DNA of 64,000 nucleotides, taken from NCBI RefSeq assembly GCF_009914755.1, contig NC_060927.1. One strand, 5' to 3'. The position numbers and the translations under genes are program-made. The number at the start of each line of letters is the position of its first letter. Within the stretch, counting starts at the first letter, position 1. Shown piece by piece: positions 26,342 through 40,004 of this stretch. This DNA comes from the human T2T-CHM13v2.0 reference genome, Homo sapiens. The notes beneath the pieces are model-generated. The model was given only the letters and a program-made list of their open reading frames with translations. It ran no database searches and had not been told where the DNA came from.

Positions 26342-28974
26342 TTGAAAGGTATTACTTGCACATTGGTTGGAAGAATAAATATTATTAAAATGCCAATACT
26401 CCTAAAGCAACTCACAGATTCAATACAATCCCTATCAAAATACCAATTTCATTCTTTACAGAGATAGAAAAAAATCTTAAAGTTGATATGAAATCACAAA
26501 TGACCCTGAGTAGCCAAAGCAATCCTGAGCAAATAGAACAAAGCTGGAGGCATCATACTACCTGACTTCAAAAATATGCTACAAAGCTTTAGTAACCAAA
26601 TCAGCATGGTACTGGCATAAAAACAGACACATAGTCTAAATGAAATATAATATAATAGCGAATCCAGATAAATATCAATGCATTTACAGCCAACTCATTT
26701 TTGACATAGGTGCCAAGAACATACAATGGGGAAAGGATGGTCTCTTTAATAAATATTTCTGGGAAAACCAGACAACCATATGCAGAAGAATGAAACTAGA
26801 CCACAGTTTCTCACCATATATAAAAATAAAATAAAAAACATTAAAGACTTAAATCTAAGCCCTAAAACCATGAAACTAATAGAATAAAACATCACCAAAA
26901 TCCTCGAGGGCACTGATCTGGGCAAACATTTTTTTTTGGCACCTCAAAACCATAGGCAACAAAAGCAAAAATAGACAAATGAGATAACATCAAGCTAAAA
27001 AGCTTCTTCATAGCAAAGAAAACAATCAGAAAAGTTAAAAGACAACCCAAAAAATGGGAGAAAGTATTTGCAAACTGTCCATCTGATAAGGAATTAATAA
27101 TCAAAATATGTAAGGAGTTCAAATGACTTTATAAAAAAATAATAATCTGGTTAAAAATAGGCAAAAGATCTGAATAGATATTTTCAAAAGAAAACGCAAA
27201 AATAGCCAACAGATATATAAAAAATGCTCAGCATCATTAATCATTAGAGAAATGAAAATCAAAATCACAATGAGATATCATCTCAGCCAGCTTAAAATGT
27301 CTTTTATCGAGAAGACAGGGAATAACAAACACTGATGAGGAAGTGGAGAAAAGGTAAACCTCGTACACTGTTAGTGGGAAAGTAAATTAGTAAAGAAACT
27401 GTGGAAAACTATATGGAAATTCCTCAAAAATCAAAAATTGGACTACTATATGATCTAACAACTTCACTACTCGGTGTATATCCAAAAGAAAAAAAAGCAG
27501 TATTTCACAAGGATGCCTAAACTCCCATGTTCATTGCAGCACTATTCACAATGGCCAAAATGTTGAATCAACCTAAATTCCCATTCAATGGATAAGTAGA
27601 TAAAGAAAATGTGATATATAAACACAATGAAATACTATTCAGCTGTAAAAAATAATGAAACGCACTTCATTTGTAGGCACATAGATAAAACTAAAGGTCA
27701 TTATGTTAAGTAAAATAAGCCAAGCATAGACAGACAAATATCACATGTTCCCACTCATGTGGAGAAACTAAAAAAGTGGATTTCATGAAGATAGAGAATA
27801 GATTGGTGCTTATTAAAAAGAGTAGGAGAAAACAGAGAATAAAGACAACTTGACTAATGGGTGCAAACATAGTTTGATAGAAGAAATAAGACTTAGTCTT
27901 TCACAGGTCAGTAAGGTGACTATAGTTAACAGTAATCTAGTGCAAATTTCAAAATATCTAGAAGAGAATAATTTGAATGTTTCTAGTGTAAAGAAAAGAT
28001 AAATATTTAAGGTGATGGATATCCAAATTATACAGATTTGATATTTAAAAATTATATGAATATATTAAATTATCGTATGTACCCCCAAATATGTAAATCT
28101 ATTATATATTTAAAAATAAAATTTTAAAAGTGAATCAGCAAGAAATGTGATGAATATTATAAACATTCTAAGCAAACAATGTTAGTTTATATCAAACAAA
28201 TTTTTGTACCACAAAACCAACTCATTCTTAAAATATTTTTGTTTTAATTTTTAGTGTTTTAAGAATACTTTACATAAACTTTGAGATAAATTTCCATAAA
28301 ACTGTGATGAAAAAATAACAATCATTAAAGGGTAAATCTAATGACGTGTTGTTATCAATCATGTCATTATTTTGGTTATGCTTTTGGGAGGGAAGATTGC
28401 TATTGCCTATGAATCAATTCATATCATTTCCTTCTATTTGAGGTTCTGCAATGACTGATTCTAACTTACCTATTTGATTACATTTTCTAATTATACAACA
28501 CAAACCTTCTCTGTGAGTTGAATAAATCTCCATAGTGCTATCCATGTTTATCAAGGTCATTTCAGGCATATCTATGCTCTTTTTGCACCTAAATATCTTC
28601 TTATTTCTTCTCTGCCAATAAAAATTCATCATTTCTTAAAAATTCAATTTCCACTTCCTCAATGTAGCATCTTCTTCCATCTGCAGAAAAAAATATTTTT
28701 TTCTTTCTCTGAATTCCTAGGAAATGTACAATTTATTTTATAACTTGCTTGGGTCCTATGTTTTAATTTTTAATGGAAAATTCCTTTATGAATGCTCATT
28801 GGTAAAGCAGAACTAAACCTCCCCTAGGATTTCCAAACCCTAGCACTCTATATATCTCACAGTGGAAAGAGCAGATACGAAATACCTCATATCATATACA
28901 TCACCGTGGACAGAGCAGCGATTCTATGCAAAAAATAGGTGTATGGCCAGAAAATGTATTTATGAAACTTTGAA

Positions 28975-29402
28975 TGGTAGATCGTATTACTGTCCTTAAT
29001 TATTGACTCTTTCTCTACAGGCAGATTATACAATTCTGCCCCATACTTTCAATTATTAATTCTCTTTGATTTTGAATGACTATCTTGCTTCGGCCAACAC
29101 AATGTGAATGAAAGGAATCTACACCACATCCAAACACACATTTTAGATGCACTGCAAGTTTTCATGGCCTTTTCTGTTCCTGTGCCCTGTGCCTATGAGA
29201 AGGATACGTCCCACAAAGTTCTGCACATTGGGGTAACAAAATCTGAAAACATACTATGCAGACCTAAACCTGGACTGCATCCTAAAGCAAAGTCACAGCA
29301 GACAAAGGTGACGTGACAGAGAAATAACAATTTGATGTCTAAGTCACCAAAAATTTTAGGTTGTTTATTTTGTAGCATTTCCTAGCAATATCTGATAGAT
29401 CC
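28975..29402 (+). mobile_element. Old MLT1 (I/J-like) LTR
   Basis: TTGCTTCGGCCAACACAATGTGAATGAA and GAGAAATAA...TAAGTCACCAAAAATTTTAGGTTGTTTATTTTGTAGCA. Confidence 0.7.
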
Positions 29403-32083
29403 AACTCCAGCATTTAGTACTGCAAGTCCTTGGTGAAAACATGTAACTTTTTAAACCACACTCTAGTCATCTGTACCTGTGGTAAAGTGAGCTCTACCAT
29501 GACACAGACACTTAAGAGTTATAATGGAAGGCATCAAATGCAATTTTTAAAAGTAGAGGAAAGCTTTTGGTTTAGTTTTGAAATAATGATTTAGTTTTGA
29601 AATATGTAAACTCACATAGAGTGGTGTGCTGTTTGGAATGAAGTAAATGTTTAATATGTTTTAAAAAGTAAATCTCATTAATTGTGGAATACTATGTGTG
29701 TTTTATTTATTATTTAGATTGTATTGAGAACCCTATAACATTATGTTAATTTGACTTAAATTTCTGTTTGAAGGGTGAAGGAAACTTTGGATGGTAAATT
29801 CAATCTGATTTCTGATTTATTCATTTAAGTAATTGACCTTGTCTCTTCTATAGTGAAAAACTTGAAGTAGCCATATTAAATTGTTAGTGAGAGGCAACCT
29901 TGGTTATTGTGAATGACATCCTTGATCACTTCTCTCCAACAGTCTGCCTGAGTTTCCTATAGAAAGATGTCCCAAATAATACAAATAAATATTAAGAGGA
30001 TTTCAGATTTAATCATGCACTTATCAATATACTTAGCTTTTTAATATATTCTTTAACAGAACTTTTATAAATTATTTTACAGCTAACAGCAAACTATGAT
30101 GAAGAAAATTACAAAGTTTATTAAATTCTATACCATAAATACTGTAGTATAGTAGCAAATGAGAAATCTGTATAGTCAAAATTAAAATATTTTCTTAATG
30201 ACAGAAATTTTTGAAGGTATGGTGGTGAACATATTGGTAACTTATTAATTTTTAGAGGTTCTTTCTTTTTTCAAGATTTAGATTTTTAATTACATTTTAA
30301 ATATGATTCGCAAGTTGTTAGCTGAGATTACACTAATGTCTTTGGTGCTATTTTCAAGAGATGACATATTATACATTTTGGTAAATAACTAGTTGATCCC
30401 TGTGATTTTTTTTAATCTTAAACAGCTTAGAAATCTAAGGCCAAGAGGAAAGGGAAAGCATTATTAAAAAATTTTCACCTACAAAATAAGGATATCCAAT
30501 ATTTTAATAAAAGAGAGGCTGTGCCACATTTTTCATCAAGAGTTTGAGAGACCAATGATCTGTAAGCAGTATAATAAAATCAATATATCGATTTATGTAA
30601 CATTTAAAATTTTCTGAGGAAGGGGATTATATCTAATGCAGCTATTCGTATTTATTCTTGTCAGCAAGAAATATATAACCCACTAAGTATATATTAAGTA
30701 CAGATATTGCACTACAATGTAGAAAGAGTGAGCAATAAATATGCTTCCATCACTATAGAAACAATTTAATTGGCCCTCTATTAATGAATGAAATTTTATT
30801 TTGAATCTCTTATAAATTATCAAAGTTTTAGCAGTCTTAATCATTCAGTAAGACTGGTACGTAACCTTTTAGTTTATTTTACTTGCATTTAGTTTCCTTT
30901 CTATGACAACTAGATGAAACAAAATTTAATGTTCCTTTATACTTATATATATATGAAGTATATGAAGTGTGTGTTTATTTAGAAAGAATTAATTTCACAT
31001 TAAAAATTCAAAATAACATTGTCTTGCCCATTCCAAAAGAGAATAGATCTAAGTGATTCATCAAGTCAATGACAAATATCACTTAGGCCCTTTCTACAGT
31101 GAGGTACTCCTCTAAGTATGTTACCTAGGAGCCGTCAATTAATGCAACTAATGAAAAGCTATTTGAAATAATATTCCTCATGTAATTTTATTACTGGTAA
31201 TTCTTTGTAAAAGTATGGATTAAACTCACATCTTACACCTAGTATATCCTTATTTAATTTCAGGTCCCAAGAATTTAGATGATTCAAAGGTATACTAAAG
31301 GTTCAGAAACATTTTTGGCAATTCCTAATACTCAGAAATGCCCCTTAAGAAAGTGGGAGAAAGAACCTAGACATCTACTTTTCGAATGACATCCTGGTTA
31401 TATTACTACTGATAATAATGGAATGCAGTGCGTTTATGAGGGTGACAGTGTATGTTTATGAGGCTGACTTAGTGCAATAAAGATTTCTGTAAACTCCAAA
31501 AAGGATTGAATACCTCCTATCCTCTTTATCTTTCTCTATCAACTTTGCCCTTGCTATTACCATATCTTAACAAAATTCTAATAATTTGAAGTTGAAGAAC
31601 CTAATACAAATATTTAAGAGCTAGAGTCTTATTTTATTAGCAGAAAAGTAGAAGTAATGCAGAACTATTGTGACCATAAATTTTGGTACAACACTTCAGT
31701 TACATTCTAGATAGAGAGCTGAGGCGCAGAATCACTGCTCCTTTTTCAATACTTTCTTGCTTATGGGCTGTGACTTAGAAGTTCATCATAAAAGTCAATA
31801 TCTATGGTGACTTTGCTGCCATAAACTGCCATGGAATATTAGAGACGATAATGATAATCTTACTTCAACTTCTTTATTTTAAAGCTGATAAAAATATGTA
31901 TAGAGATTGTAAATTATTCAAAGAGAAATAGCCTTACTCTTACATAATAAACATTCTACAATCTACTCAGAAAAAAAATATTTTTAATTTGGAAATAACT
32001 TTTGTCTTCTCCAAACCAGATTTTCTTCTTTTTCTATTATAATAATGATTCTAGATGTATCCACAGTAACTATTCCTAATTAC

Positions 32084-32599
32084 TGTATCAGTTAACTTTG
32101 GTTGTATAAATTACTCTAAAAGTTAGTGGCTTTACACATCAATGGTTATTTATTACCTAGTCATTCTGTGGATTAGCAGTGACCTGGGCTCAAATGGACC
32201 ACTGTACTGCTGGTCTGTACCAGGCTCACACAAATGTTCTCAGATAGGCTCACAGTTATATATTTAATCTGTTTCTAGTTAATCTAGGGGCTGGATGACC
32301 GCTCTTTCTGTTCTTTACCATGGGGCCTCCTCTCTCCAGCAGGCTAGGTCGGGCTCATTGACATATGTTTACAAGAGTTCCCAAGACCGGAAAAGAGCAA
32401 ACCTCAGAGTACTGTGCTTTTAAAGGCTTTGCTCATATCATATTTGGCAATGTCCTTTTGCCCAAAATAAGTCTCAAGGCCAGATTCAAGGATCGAGAAA
32501 GTAGACTCCACTTCTTGATGAGAAGATCTGCAATTTTACTTTGCAGGGGTGCAAATTCCAGGTAGTGAGATATTTTGGCGATTTTCACAAAGTACCACA
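32084..32599 (-). mobile_element. MLT1H-like solo LTR
   Basis: TGTATCAGTTA start, TCTCCAGCAGGCTAG, GGCCAGATTCAAGG...AGACTCCACTTCTTGATG, and TACCACA end. Confidence 0.82.
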
Positions 32600-32989
32600 A
32601 CTAGATTAACTCACTTACGTTGCTATTTATATGTTCAAGTATTTAACTGAGCATCTTTCCAGCAACCTGTATTCAGTAATGTGTATGAATCTTTTTTTTA
32701 ACAGATTGCTCACTTGTTAGTTTTTTTTCTGTATGTTAATCTTAGTTTTTTTCAACTGGATGATTTAGTCCATAAACATTTAGTCTAATTACTTGTATAT
32801 TTGTATTTGTTTGCTGTTTGACCGGTTTTTTTGTTATCTTTACTTTTTCTTACCTTATTTTATTTTAATTATTCTCGCTATTCTGTTTCCATTTCTAGGT
32901 AGAAATTTTTATCAATCAGTATCTTAGAAGAAAATCAGGTTTTTAATTTTGAAAATACTGTAATTAAGGGATTTATTTTATTGTGTACC

Positions 32990-33318
32990 AGTTTCAGGGA
33001 ACCAGAGAAGAACAACGGATTGCATGTAGCAGGAGAGGAATTAGAGCTGCTGGATCCTGCAGTCACTAAATAGGGCTGCCCAATGTGTAGCCTTAGAAGG
33101 ATGTAACAACTGGCAGGAATAATGGGAACAGGGGGTACATACTCATATTATATTCTCTTCACCTCAGACCTGTTGCCAGTGTCCTCCATTTAACAAAACC
33201 AACAAGAACGTAGAGGGCAAGAATGTCCATGTAAGGTCAGCTCTTTTGAGTAAAAAAACAAGACAAAGAACGATAGAAAATTGATCTATCTTGAATATGA
33301 CAGAGAATAAACAGCACA
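32990..33318 (-). mobile_element. LTR33-like ERVL LTR fragment
   Basis: GCCAGTGTCCTCCATT...AAACCAACAAGAACGTAGAGGGCAAG...GGTCAGC, ending in CAGCACA. Confidence 0.6.
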
Positions 33319-33342
33319 GAACTTATAAACTCATAAGCCATT

Positions 33343-33656
33343 TTCTTATTTTTATTTTTATTTTACTTCAAGTTCTGGGGTATGTACGCAGAACATGCAG
33401 GTTTGTTACATAGGTATACATGTGCCATGGTGGTTTGCTGCACCTATCAACCCGTCTTCTAAGTTTTAAGACCGCATGCATTAGGTGTTTTTCCTAATGC
33501 ATTCTCTCCCCTTGCCCCGCCCCACCCGCCAACAGGCTGCGGTGTGTGATGTTCCCCTCCCTGTGTCCACGTGTTCTCATTGTTCAGCTTCCACTTATGA
33601 GTGAGAACATGCGGTTTTGGTTTTCTGTTCCTGTGTTAGTTTGCTGAGAACGAAGG
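33343..33656 (-). mobile_element. 5'-truncated L1PA (PA7/8-like) 3' end
   Basis: CATGTGCCATGGTGGTTTGCTGCACCTATCAACCCG, with a T-rich tail on the left. Perfect TSD CATAAGCCATT at 33332-33342 and 33657-33667. Confidence 0.95.
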
Positions 33657-34298
33657 CATAAGCCATTGTTTTAATGGTTAATGTAGAGGTAAAACCATGA
33701 ATTTTTAATTTTGGTTTAATGTTATCCACAACTATTCTTCAAGGATAGTTGAAATAGCTACTTCCCTAAGTATGAAACTTCAGATACCTTTCCCAAGTTC
33801 TATGCGCTGTTCTCATGTATTTTAATTTGTTTTTGTCCTACTTCTAATCCAACCCAATTTCAACTATCATCAACCAGTCTATCTTTTATTGTTTTTATTT
33901 CCCTGATATTGTTTTCTTTTTCTTGTGGGACTTGCATACTAATTGCAGTATCCCAGACTTGAACCCTGGTGTTTCCTAGGCTTTTGTTTCAGTGGGTTTT
34001 TAAAATTCCATTCCTGGTCTACATGGGCGCTTCCACTCAAACTTGCTGAATTCAAACATTGGCATAAGCCAGTTTATTCAGTCGTCAAGCACTACCACAT
34101 CGCTCCCCACAGCCCTCACTCTATAAAGGAAGATATAGACGGTAGGCAGAGATAAGGCAAAGAAAGAAACCTGAGCAAATTTAAGTCAAACTATTTGCAA
34201 GCCATATGTAACTGGCACACACACAAAAAAAGCACTATATTTATACTTTAGGGGCTAGGTGAGAAGTAAATGGAAAAAAAAAACAGTAATCAAATCAT

Positions 34299-34342
34299 TT
34301 AGCACAGTGCCTGGCACATGATAAGTACTCAATAAACATTAA
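34299..34342 (+). mobile_element. MIR or L2 3' terminal fragment
   Basis: TAGCACAGTGCCTGGCACATGATAAGTACTCAATAAA. Confidence 0.7.
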
Positions 34343-35051
34343 TTTTCCCTGTCTGTGGAATGATGCCTTGTGCTGGGGAAGAATTCCCACTCATATTGGT
34401 TTGTTTATGCTGAGGTGTTCCCCTGACCAGCAATGGTATACTTTAGAAACTCTAAAATTGACCTAAAGCAATGAATATACTTTGAGATTCATCCAGGCAA
34501 ATCTGTTTTAATAACTTTCATTTTAGTTATTAAGATAACCTCAAATGAAGCAGAATCAAAGTAATTATCTGGCACAAAAGACAATGCATAAATATGAATA
34601 CATGTATAGCGTATGTGTATATACTAGCATACATGGATAACATTAACTTTCTCTTACTTTTGTCCACCTATAAGCTCGTGCTTCACACATATTATTATGC
34701 TGATATTCCTCATGCTTTTTAAGCTACTGAGAATTCCCTTGGCCACTGTCAGGTTGTATCATGATTGAACTTTTAATAGATATTTAATTTGGATTTCTAA
34801 TAATAAGTCTTTAAAAATGTAAAATATCATGTGTATGAAGACTTACAAGGTATAAAATAGGTATGCCATTCAGATTTTATAATAACCTCTACTGAGGATA
34901 AGGAAGTTCAGAAAAATTTTAATAATCAGTTTTTTGTCTTTAAAATTGACTTTTATTTCAAAGTATGTGAAGCACCTATTGTTTCTTTCACTTTATTACA
35001 GAACATAGAATACAGAAATATAACAGAGTACAAAGGAAATAGGGTCTGGTT

Positions 35052-35056
<5 letters not shown>

Positions 35057-35088
<32 letters not shown>

Positions 35089-35111
35089 ATATATGTAACA
35101 TATATATATAT
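35057..35111. repeat. (TA)n microsatellite: 13 perfect units, then interrupted
   Basis: Read directly from the sequence. Confidence 0.97.
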
Positions 35112-35594
35112 GAGTTGACTCTTCTATCATACTAACATACAAAGTCCACCTTCATTTTGATTTTTCTGTCCTGAAAATTAAACAATTCATTTCAAATTAC
35201 TTCACCTATTTCAGATTGTGAGCTGTAATTCACAATTACCAACTCACTCAATGAATGTAAAAAGTTGACTTGTAAAGTAAATACTAATTTATGCATGAAT
35301 ACTGTCATGTATTAGAAAATAGCCCAAAATTCCTAAGTTGTCTATATAACAAATTAATTTCAGAGTATGAAACTGGAAAAATACACGAACATATTTCTTC
35401 ACTAATATAAAAGTAATAAGAGAAGGATTATCTTTAGTTACACTGTCATTGATTCTTTGTAATTGATCACTCGTGGAAACTTCTTGACAATGCTTAGACA
35501 TTTTGCTGTTTTACTGTCTTTATGTAGCGAGAATTATTTTGCTAAGAATTATTTTCCCAAAACTCAAATATTATTCCAACTTAAGGCATATTTT

Positions 35595-35835
35595 GATGGA
35601 ATCAATAAAATGGGAAAATAATACCTGGGTTTTTGTCCTAACTCTGTCACTCAATATGTTTGTCATTCTAGTCAAGTTATTTATGAGTTTCAGTTTTTTT
35701 GACTTGTGAAATTATGTAATTATTTTTACATTACTAATTAACCTCATAAGCTTTGTTTACTTATAAAATGAAATAATGTATGCAAAATTACTGTGTATAT
35801 AATGAAGTTATGTAATAAATTAGCTATTACTATTA
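35595..35835 (+). mobile_element. MIR
   Basis: CCTGGGTTTTTGTCCTAACTCTGTCACT...CAAGTTATTTA...TAATAAATTAGCTATTA. Confidence 0.65.
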
Positions 35836-36039
35836 TGTCAGTATTATAAAGTTACAGTAGATCAGTTTTTAAAACAAGGTAATCATTCTTAATTCAATAC
35901 AGTTATAAAAATATTATCATCAATAAATGAATTGGTTTCTGCCTATTGAGGAAATCTATGACTAGTACTTACCTATTATTTCTCAGGCCTTTTTAGTTAT
36001 CCTCTAAATCAGTGTTTAGAAAACTTGTTTGTTAGGAAA

Positions 36040-36165
36040 GTCCATATTACTATATATTTTGAGATGAAAGACATTGAGACTCCGAGAACAAGTAATTTGC
36101 CCAAAGGGTACAACTAATAAGATCCAGTCTAGATTTAAATTCCTGTCTCTTTGATTTTGAACTAA
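36040..36165 (-). mobile_element. MIR core
   Basis: ATTTTGAGATGAAAGACATTGAGACTCCGAGAA...AGTAATTTGCCCAA. Confidence 0.6.
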
Positions 36166-36647
36166 AAAGTCTTGAGACACACGCTTTTGTCTCACGAACT
36201 TATTAATCAATGTGAAATAAACAGTGAGAGAACCTACCAAAGATAAATATTGTAATTCTGAAATTTATTCATGAACCAGGCATCATTCATATTTTAGGAA
36301 AGTCCATGTGTGTGCATTCTGCACACACGAAGAATTGTCATCTGTTTGCAAATATATCCTCTTCAACATGGAATTACCATTTTCAAGGAATGGTGTTGTT
36401 TGCCTGAATATAAAATCAGTATGCATAAATTTACTTGGGGAAAGCTACCATAGTTCAAGAAACCCCAATAATAATTAATATTCACTCATTTCATAGTGGC
36501 AATAATAACTTATTAATGCCAACTAGCCTATACCTACTAGCCTCTGTGTCAACAGCTTTCAACCCAACTGCTAAATATATATGTATAATTATTAGGACAT
36601 TTTGATATGTCCAATAAGTACGATCAAACTTAAGAATACTGCTTTTG

Positions 36648-36920
36648 CACTCCTGTAATCCCAGCACTTTGGGAGGCCGAGGCAGGCTGATCACGAGGTC
36701 AGGAGATGGAGACCATCCCGGCTAACATGGTGAGACCCCGTCTCTACTAAAAATAAAAAAAATTAGCCGGGCGTGGTGGCGGGCGCCTGTAGTCCCAGTT
36801 ACTCGGGAAGCTGAGGCAGGAGAATGGCGTGAACCCAGGAGGCGGAGCTTGCGTGAGCCGAGATCGCGCTACTGCACTCCAGGGTGGGCGACGGAGCGAG
36901 ACTCCGTCTCAAAAAAAAAA
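36648..36920 (+). mobile_element. AluY, about 17 bp 5'-truncated
   Basis: CpG-rich AluY body. 16-bp TSD AAGAAT(A/G)CTGCTTTTG at 36632-36647 and 36921-36936. Confidence 0.97.
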
Positions 36921-37062
36921 AAGAATGCTGCTTTTGGTTATTTTGCTTGCTTTCAAATCATGTAATGTATGCATAACACATGTTCTAATTCTCCCCTTTA
37001 CCCCAACCTAAAACTATGCCTCACATAATTCAGACTCATTCTATCCTGAGTCAAAGCCCATT

Positions 37063-37064
<2 letters not shown>

Positions 37065-37094
<30 letters not shown>
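37065..37094. repeat. Poly(T)30 tract
   Basis: Read directly; no adjacent retroelement body. Confidence 0.97.
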
Positions 37095-37096
<2 letters not shown>

Positions 37097-37195
37097 CTAC
37101 ACATAGAGAATGGGTAAGGATACATTGTGACCAGGTTTATGGATGTATTAAGAGATCGGTAAATGTGGGATGTACTTTGAAGAAATAATGAAATT

Positions 37196-37209
37196 GCATC
37201 AGATGGCGC
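37196..37209 (+). promoter_or_regulatory. Candidate CTCF site (also contains a CAGATG E-box)
   Basis: GCATCAGATGGCGC matches 12 of 14 positions of CCASYAGRKGGCRS. Motif evidence only. Confidence 0.35.
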
Positions 37210-37434
37210 ACAAGCCCCAGGAGAGGATTATGGTAAAGATTGAGGTGAAGATGTAGTAATGCTAATGATACTGCAGGATTACAAGATGCAATAAAGGTGC
37301 TGCTGAGTAACCTTCATGTAAATAAAAAATATTTCCTTTTAAGGAGTAAAAATGCCCTAGTGCTTATTTTAAAGCATGCATGTCAAGAATGATTCAAAAT
37401 TCCCTATTTATAAAACAATAATATACTTTTTTCA

Positions 37435-37640
37435 TGATTAGCTAACAGTTTAAGACTCACCTAACACTGAGTTTCCTCAAATATACCAGCCATTTTCACA
37501 TTTAATTAGTTAATTCCTCATAATGACTTTAGTAAGCTAGTTAATAATCCCACTTTGCAGACGACAAAGTAACATCAGTAGTTTAAAGTAATGCATTTTT
37601 AAAAGTGCCTGAACCAAGACTCATTACTCAATATCCAATA
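37435..37640 (-). mobile_element. MIR
   Basis: TAGCTAACAGTT...TAATTCCTCATAATGAC...ATCCCACTTTGCAGA. Confidence 0.6.
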
Positions 37641-40004
37641 TTTCCTTGTGTTCCAGCTCTGAGGACATTTTCTATTAGTGAAATGTTCTGACTAATTTTA
37701 GTGGAAATTTGGATTTCAGAGATGTAATACAGAATGCAGATAATTTCTGAAGTTCTTTTACTCTATCTGACAAGCAGCATCTCCCTGATATTACCAGCTT
37801 TCCAATGCCTCATATTCATGTTGCTGGGATAAATCATAAAATCACATAAAAGCATTCATACAAGCTAAATTCTGTTATCTTTCTACTCAAACTCCAAAAT
37901 CCAGTCTAGTAATGCTTTAGTTACCTGGTTTTGAATGACCCACCTTGTAAATTTTCTGTTACATGGTTACATCTCTGACTGGCTACAGTAATATCCTCTT
38001 CTCTTGGTGGGTTCAGTGTTCTGTGTTAAAAATCTTACTGTAATGTTACTTTCATTATTTACCTACCACATTTCCTTTATTGAAGGTAACCCAGAGCAAG
38101 TTATATAGCAAACATGCACATAAATTGAAAATAAATCATGTCAGAGACACGAGTAACGGCCAGAAAATAACATTAATTCAGAGAAACTTAGGGCAGCAAG
38201 GGATATTAAGGGTTATGTATTCTAAAACAAAAATCCTCTTCATGACCTCTCTGACAAGGAACCATTATAGGTTTTCCCTTTGAAGGATATCTCGTTTGTT
38301 CCACAGTAGGATAAGGCATTTTCAAATGCAACAATCTATTAACTGAGCTAGAGAGCTTGACTTCTAAAAGATACAATCCCAGCTCTCTAAATTCTATGCC
38401 ACTCCTGGCAGAAATGTGGCAAATACGGCTTTGTAGATTTCTGTGGGCAGCTTCCATTGAAGAGATTAAACCATTGTTCAACCATGACTATATATCCTCT
38501 GAAAATGAACACATGCTTCTGAATTGATCTGCAGTCAGTCATGTGCCTCTAGTTTCTTCTACCTAAAAAAAAGCACAAGCTTTCCAGCATACAGTAATGT
38601 ATATTTCACATACCTAGTTATGTATTATAAGAAAAGTACGCATTCAGAATAGGCTTTTAAATGTTTGAGAACTAAATCGCTTATTCTTGTAAACTCTCTT
38701 TTCATTTTTAACTTTCACAAATTAGTGTATATTTTATTTGCATTCAGATATGGATTGGAGAGTAACATGAAATTTTTGAGATTATATAAGATACTGTACT
38801 TTTGATACTTAATTTTATACTGTAATATAAACCATTAATAACATAATTTCCAGTTGAGAATACAGTAGAAATTCAGCCACATTGTCCCCTGAGATGTAGA
38901 TATGACTATGTTTTATAAACTGATGGACCCAGCAGCCGAAAGCCTCTTGATAAGCATTTGAAAGGTATAGAGGAGTTACAACACCCTCAGCATTAAAAAG
39001 AAGGAGTTTCTGAGAGGAGCAGAGCTCGGCCTCTCTCATCTGTTCCCTGTTGAACTTCTCATGGACTAATGTGTTTTCTAGAGAGAGGTCTTTTAATAAA
39101 AGCTTAATATATTATATTTTCAGGGGGAAATGCTGAACAATTTATCCATATAAAAATACTATTTTTTCAATAAAATAAGACAAAACAAGAAATACAGCAT
39201 TTCTCCACTTGTCATATTTGGTGGACACCTTGATCAGTGGCATCTACAGAGGCTGTTATGTTTCATGGGGGTTGGCAGATCAGTTTCATAGATTAACAGG
39301 GGTTACTCATAAAGAATACTCAGCAGTATTGGAGGAAATGTTGTGAAGTGTTACGTTGGTAAGGTCCTAAAGTAATAGGCAGGGACTAGATCCAGAGAAA
39401 TATGTTACTTATGCTACAGGAAGTCAAGTTTTGCTAGAGTCTGCTGTGGTCTATGTTGACATACAAATATTTCAAAGAGCAATACTCCTTAAAATTTGTT
39501 CTTCTCCCAAAGACAGATATTTTCATATAATCTTGTAATTATTTTCTTATAATTGGTAATTTTATAAGATTATGCTATGTTCTTTGAATTGGTCTTATAT
39601 TTATAGACTTAATAAACAGTAGCTGCTAATATAGAATATAAGGAACTTGCATGTCATTTTAAGGACTTTAAGCAATAGAATCTTGATATAGTTGAACTTT
39701 TAAAAATGAACACCATTACAACAATGAAGAAGTTGGACTGAGGAAAACAAGACAAGCGATAGGAAATCAGGTATGAAGGTATTATAGTATTCAGGTAGAA
39801 AATAATAATGAAATATGTAGGATTGTAGGACAATTAGGAAATTTAATCACTAGGACTTGTGGACAGTTATCATATTGAACACCATAGGCCAAGGATTATC
39901 ATATGTAATTTTCTCTCAGATTTTCCAGTCTAGCATGGAAAATATAATATCAATAGTTATAAATATGTGACATTATCCGAAGTATCTTGGGGCAGTATAG
40001 CAGA

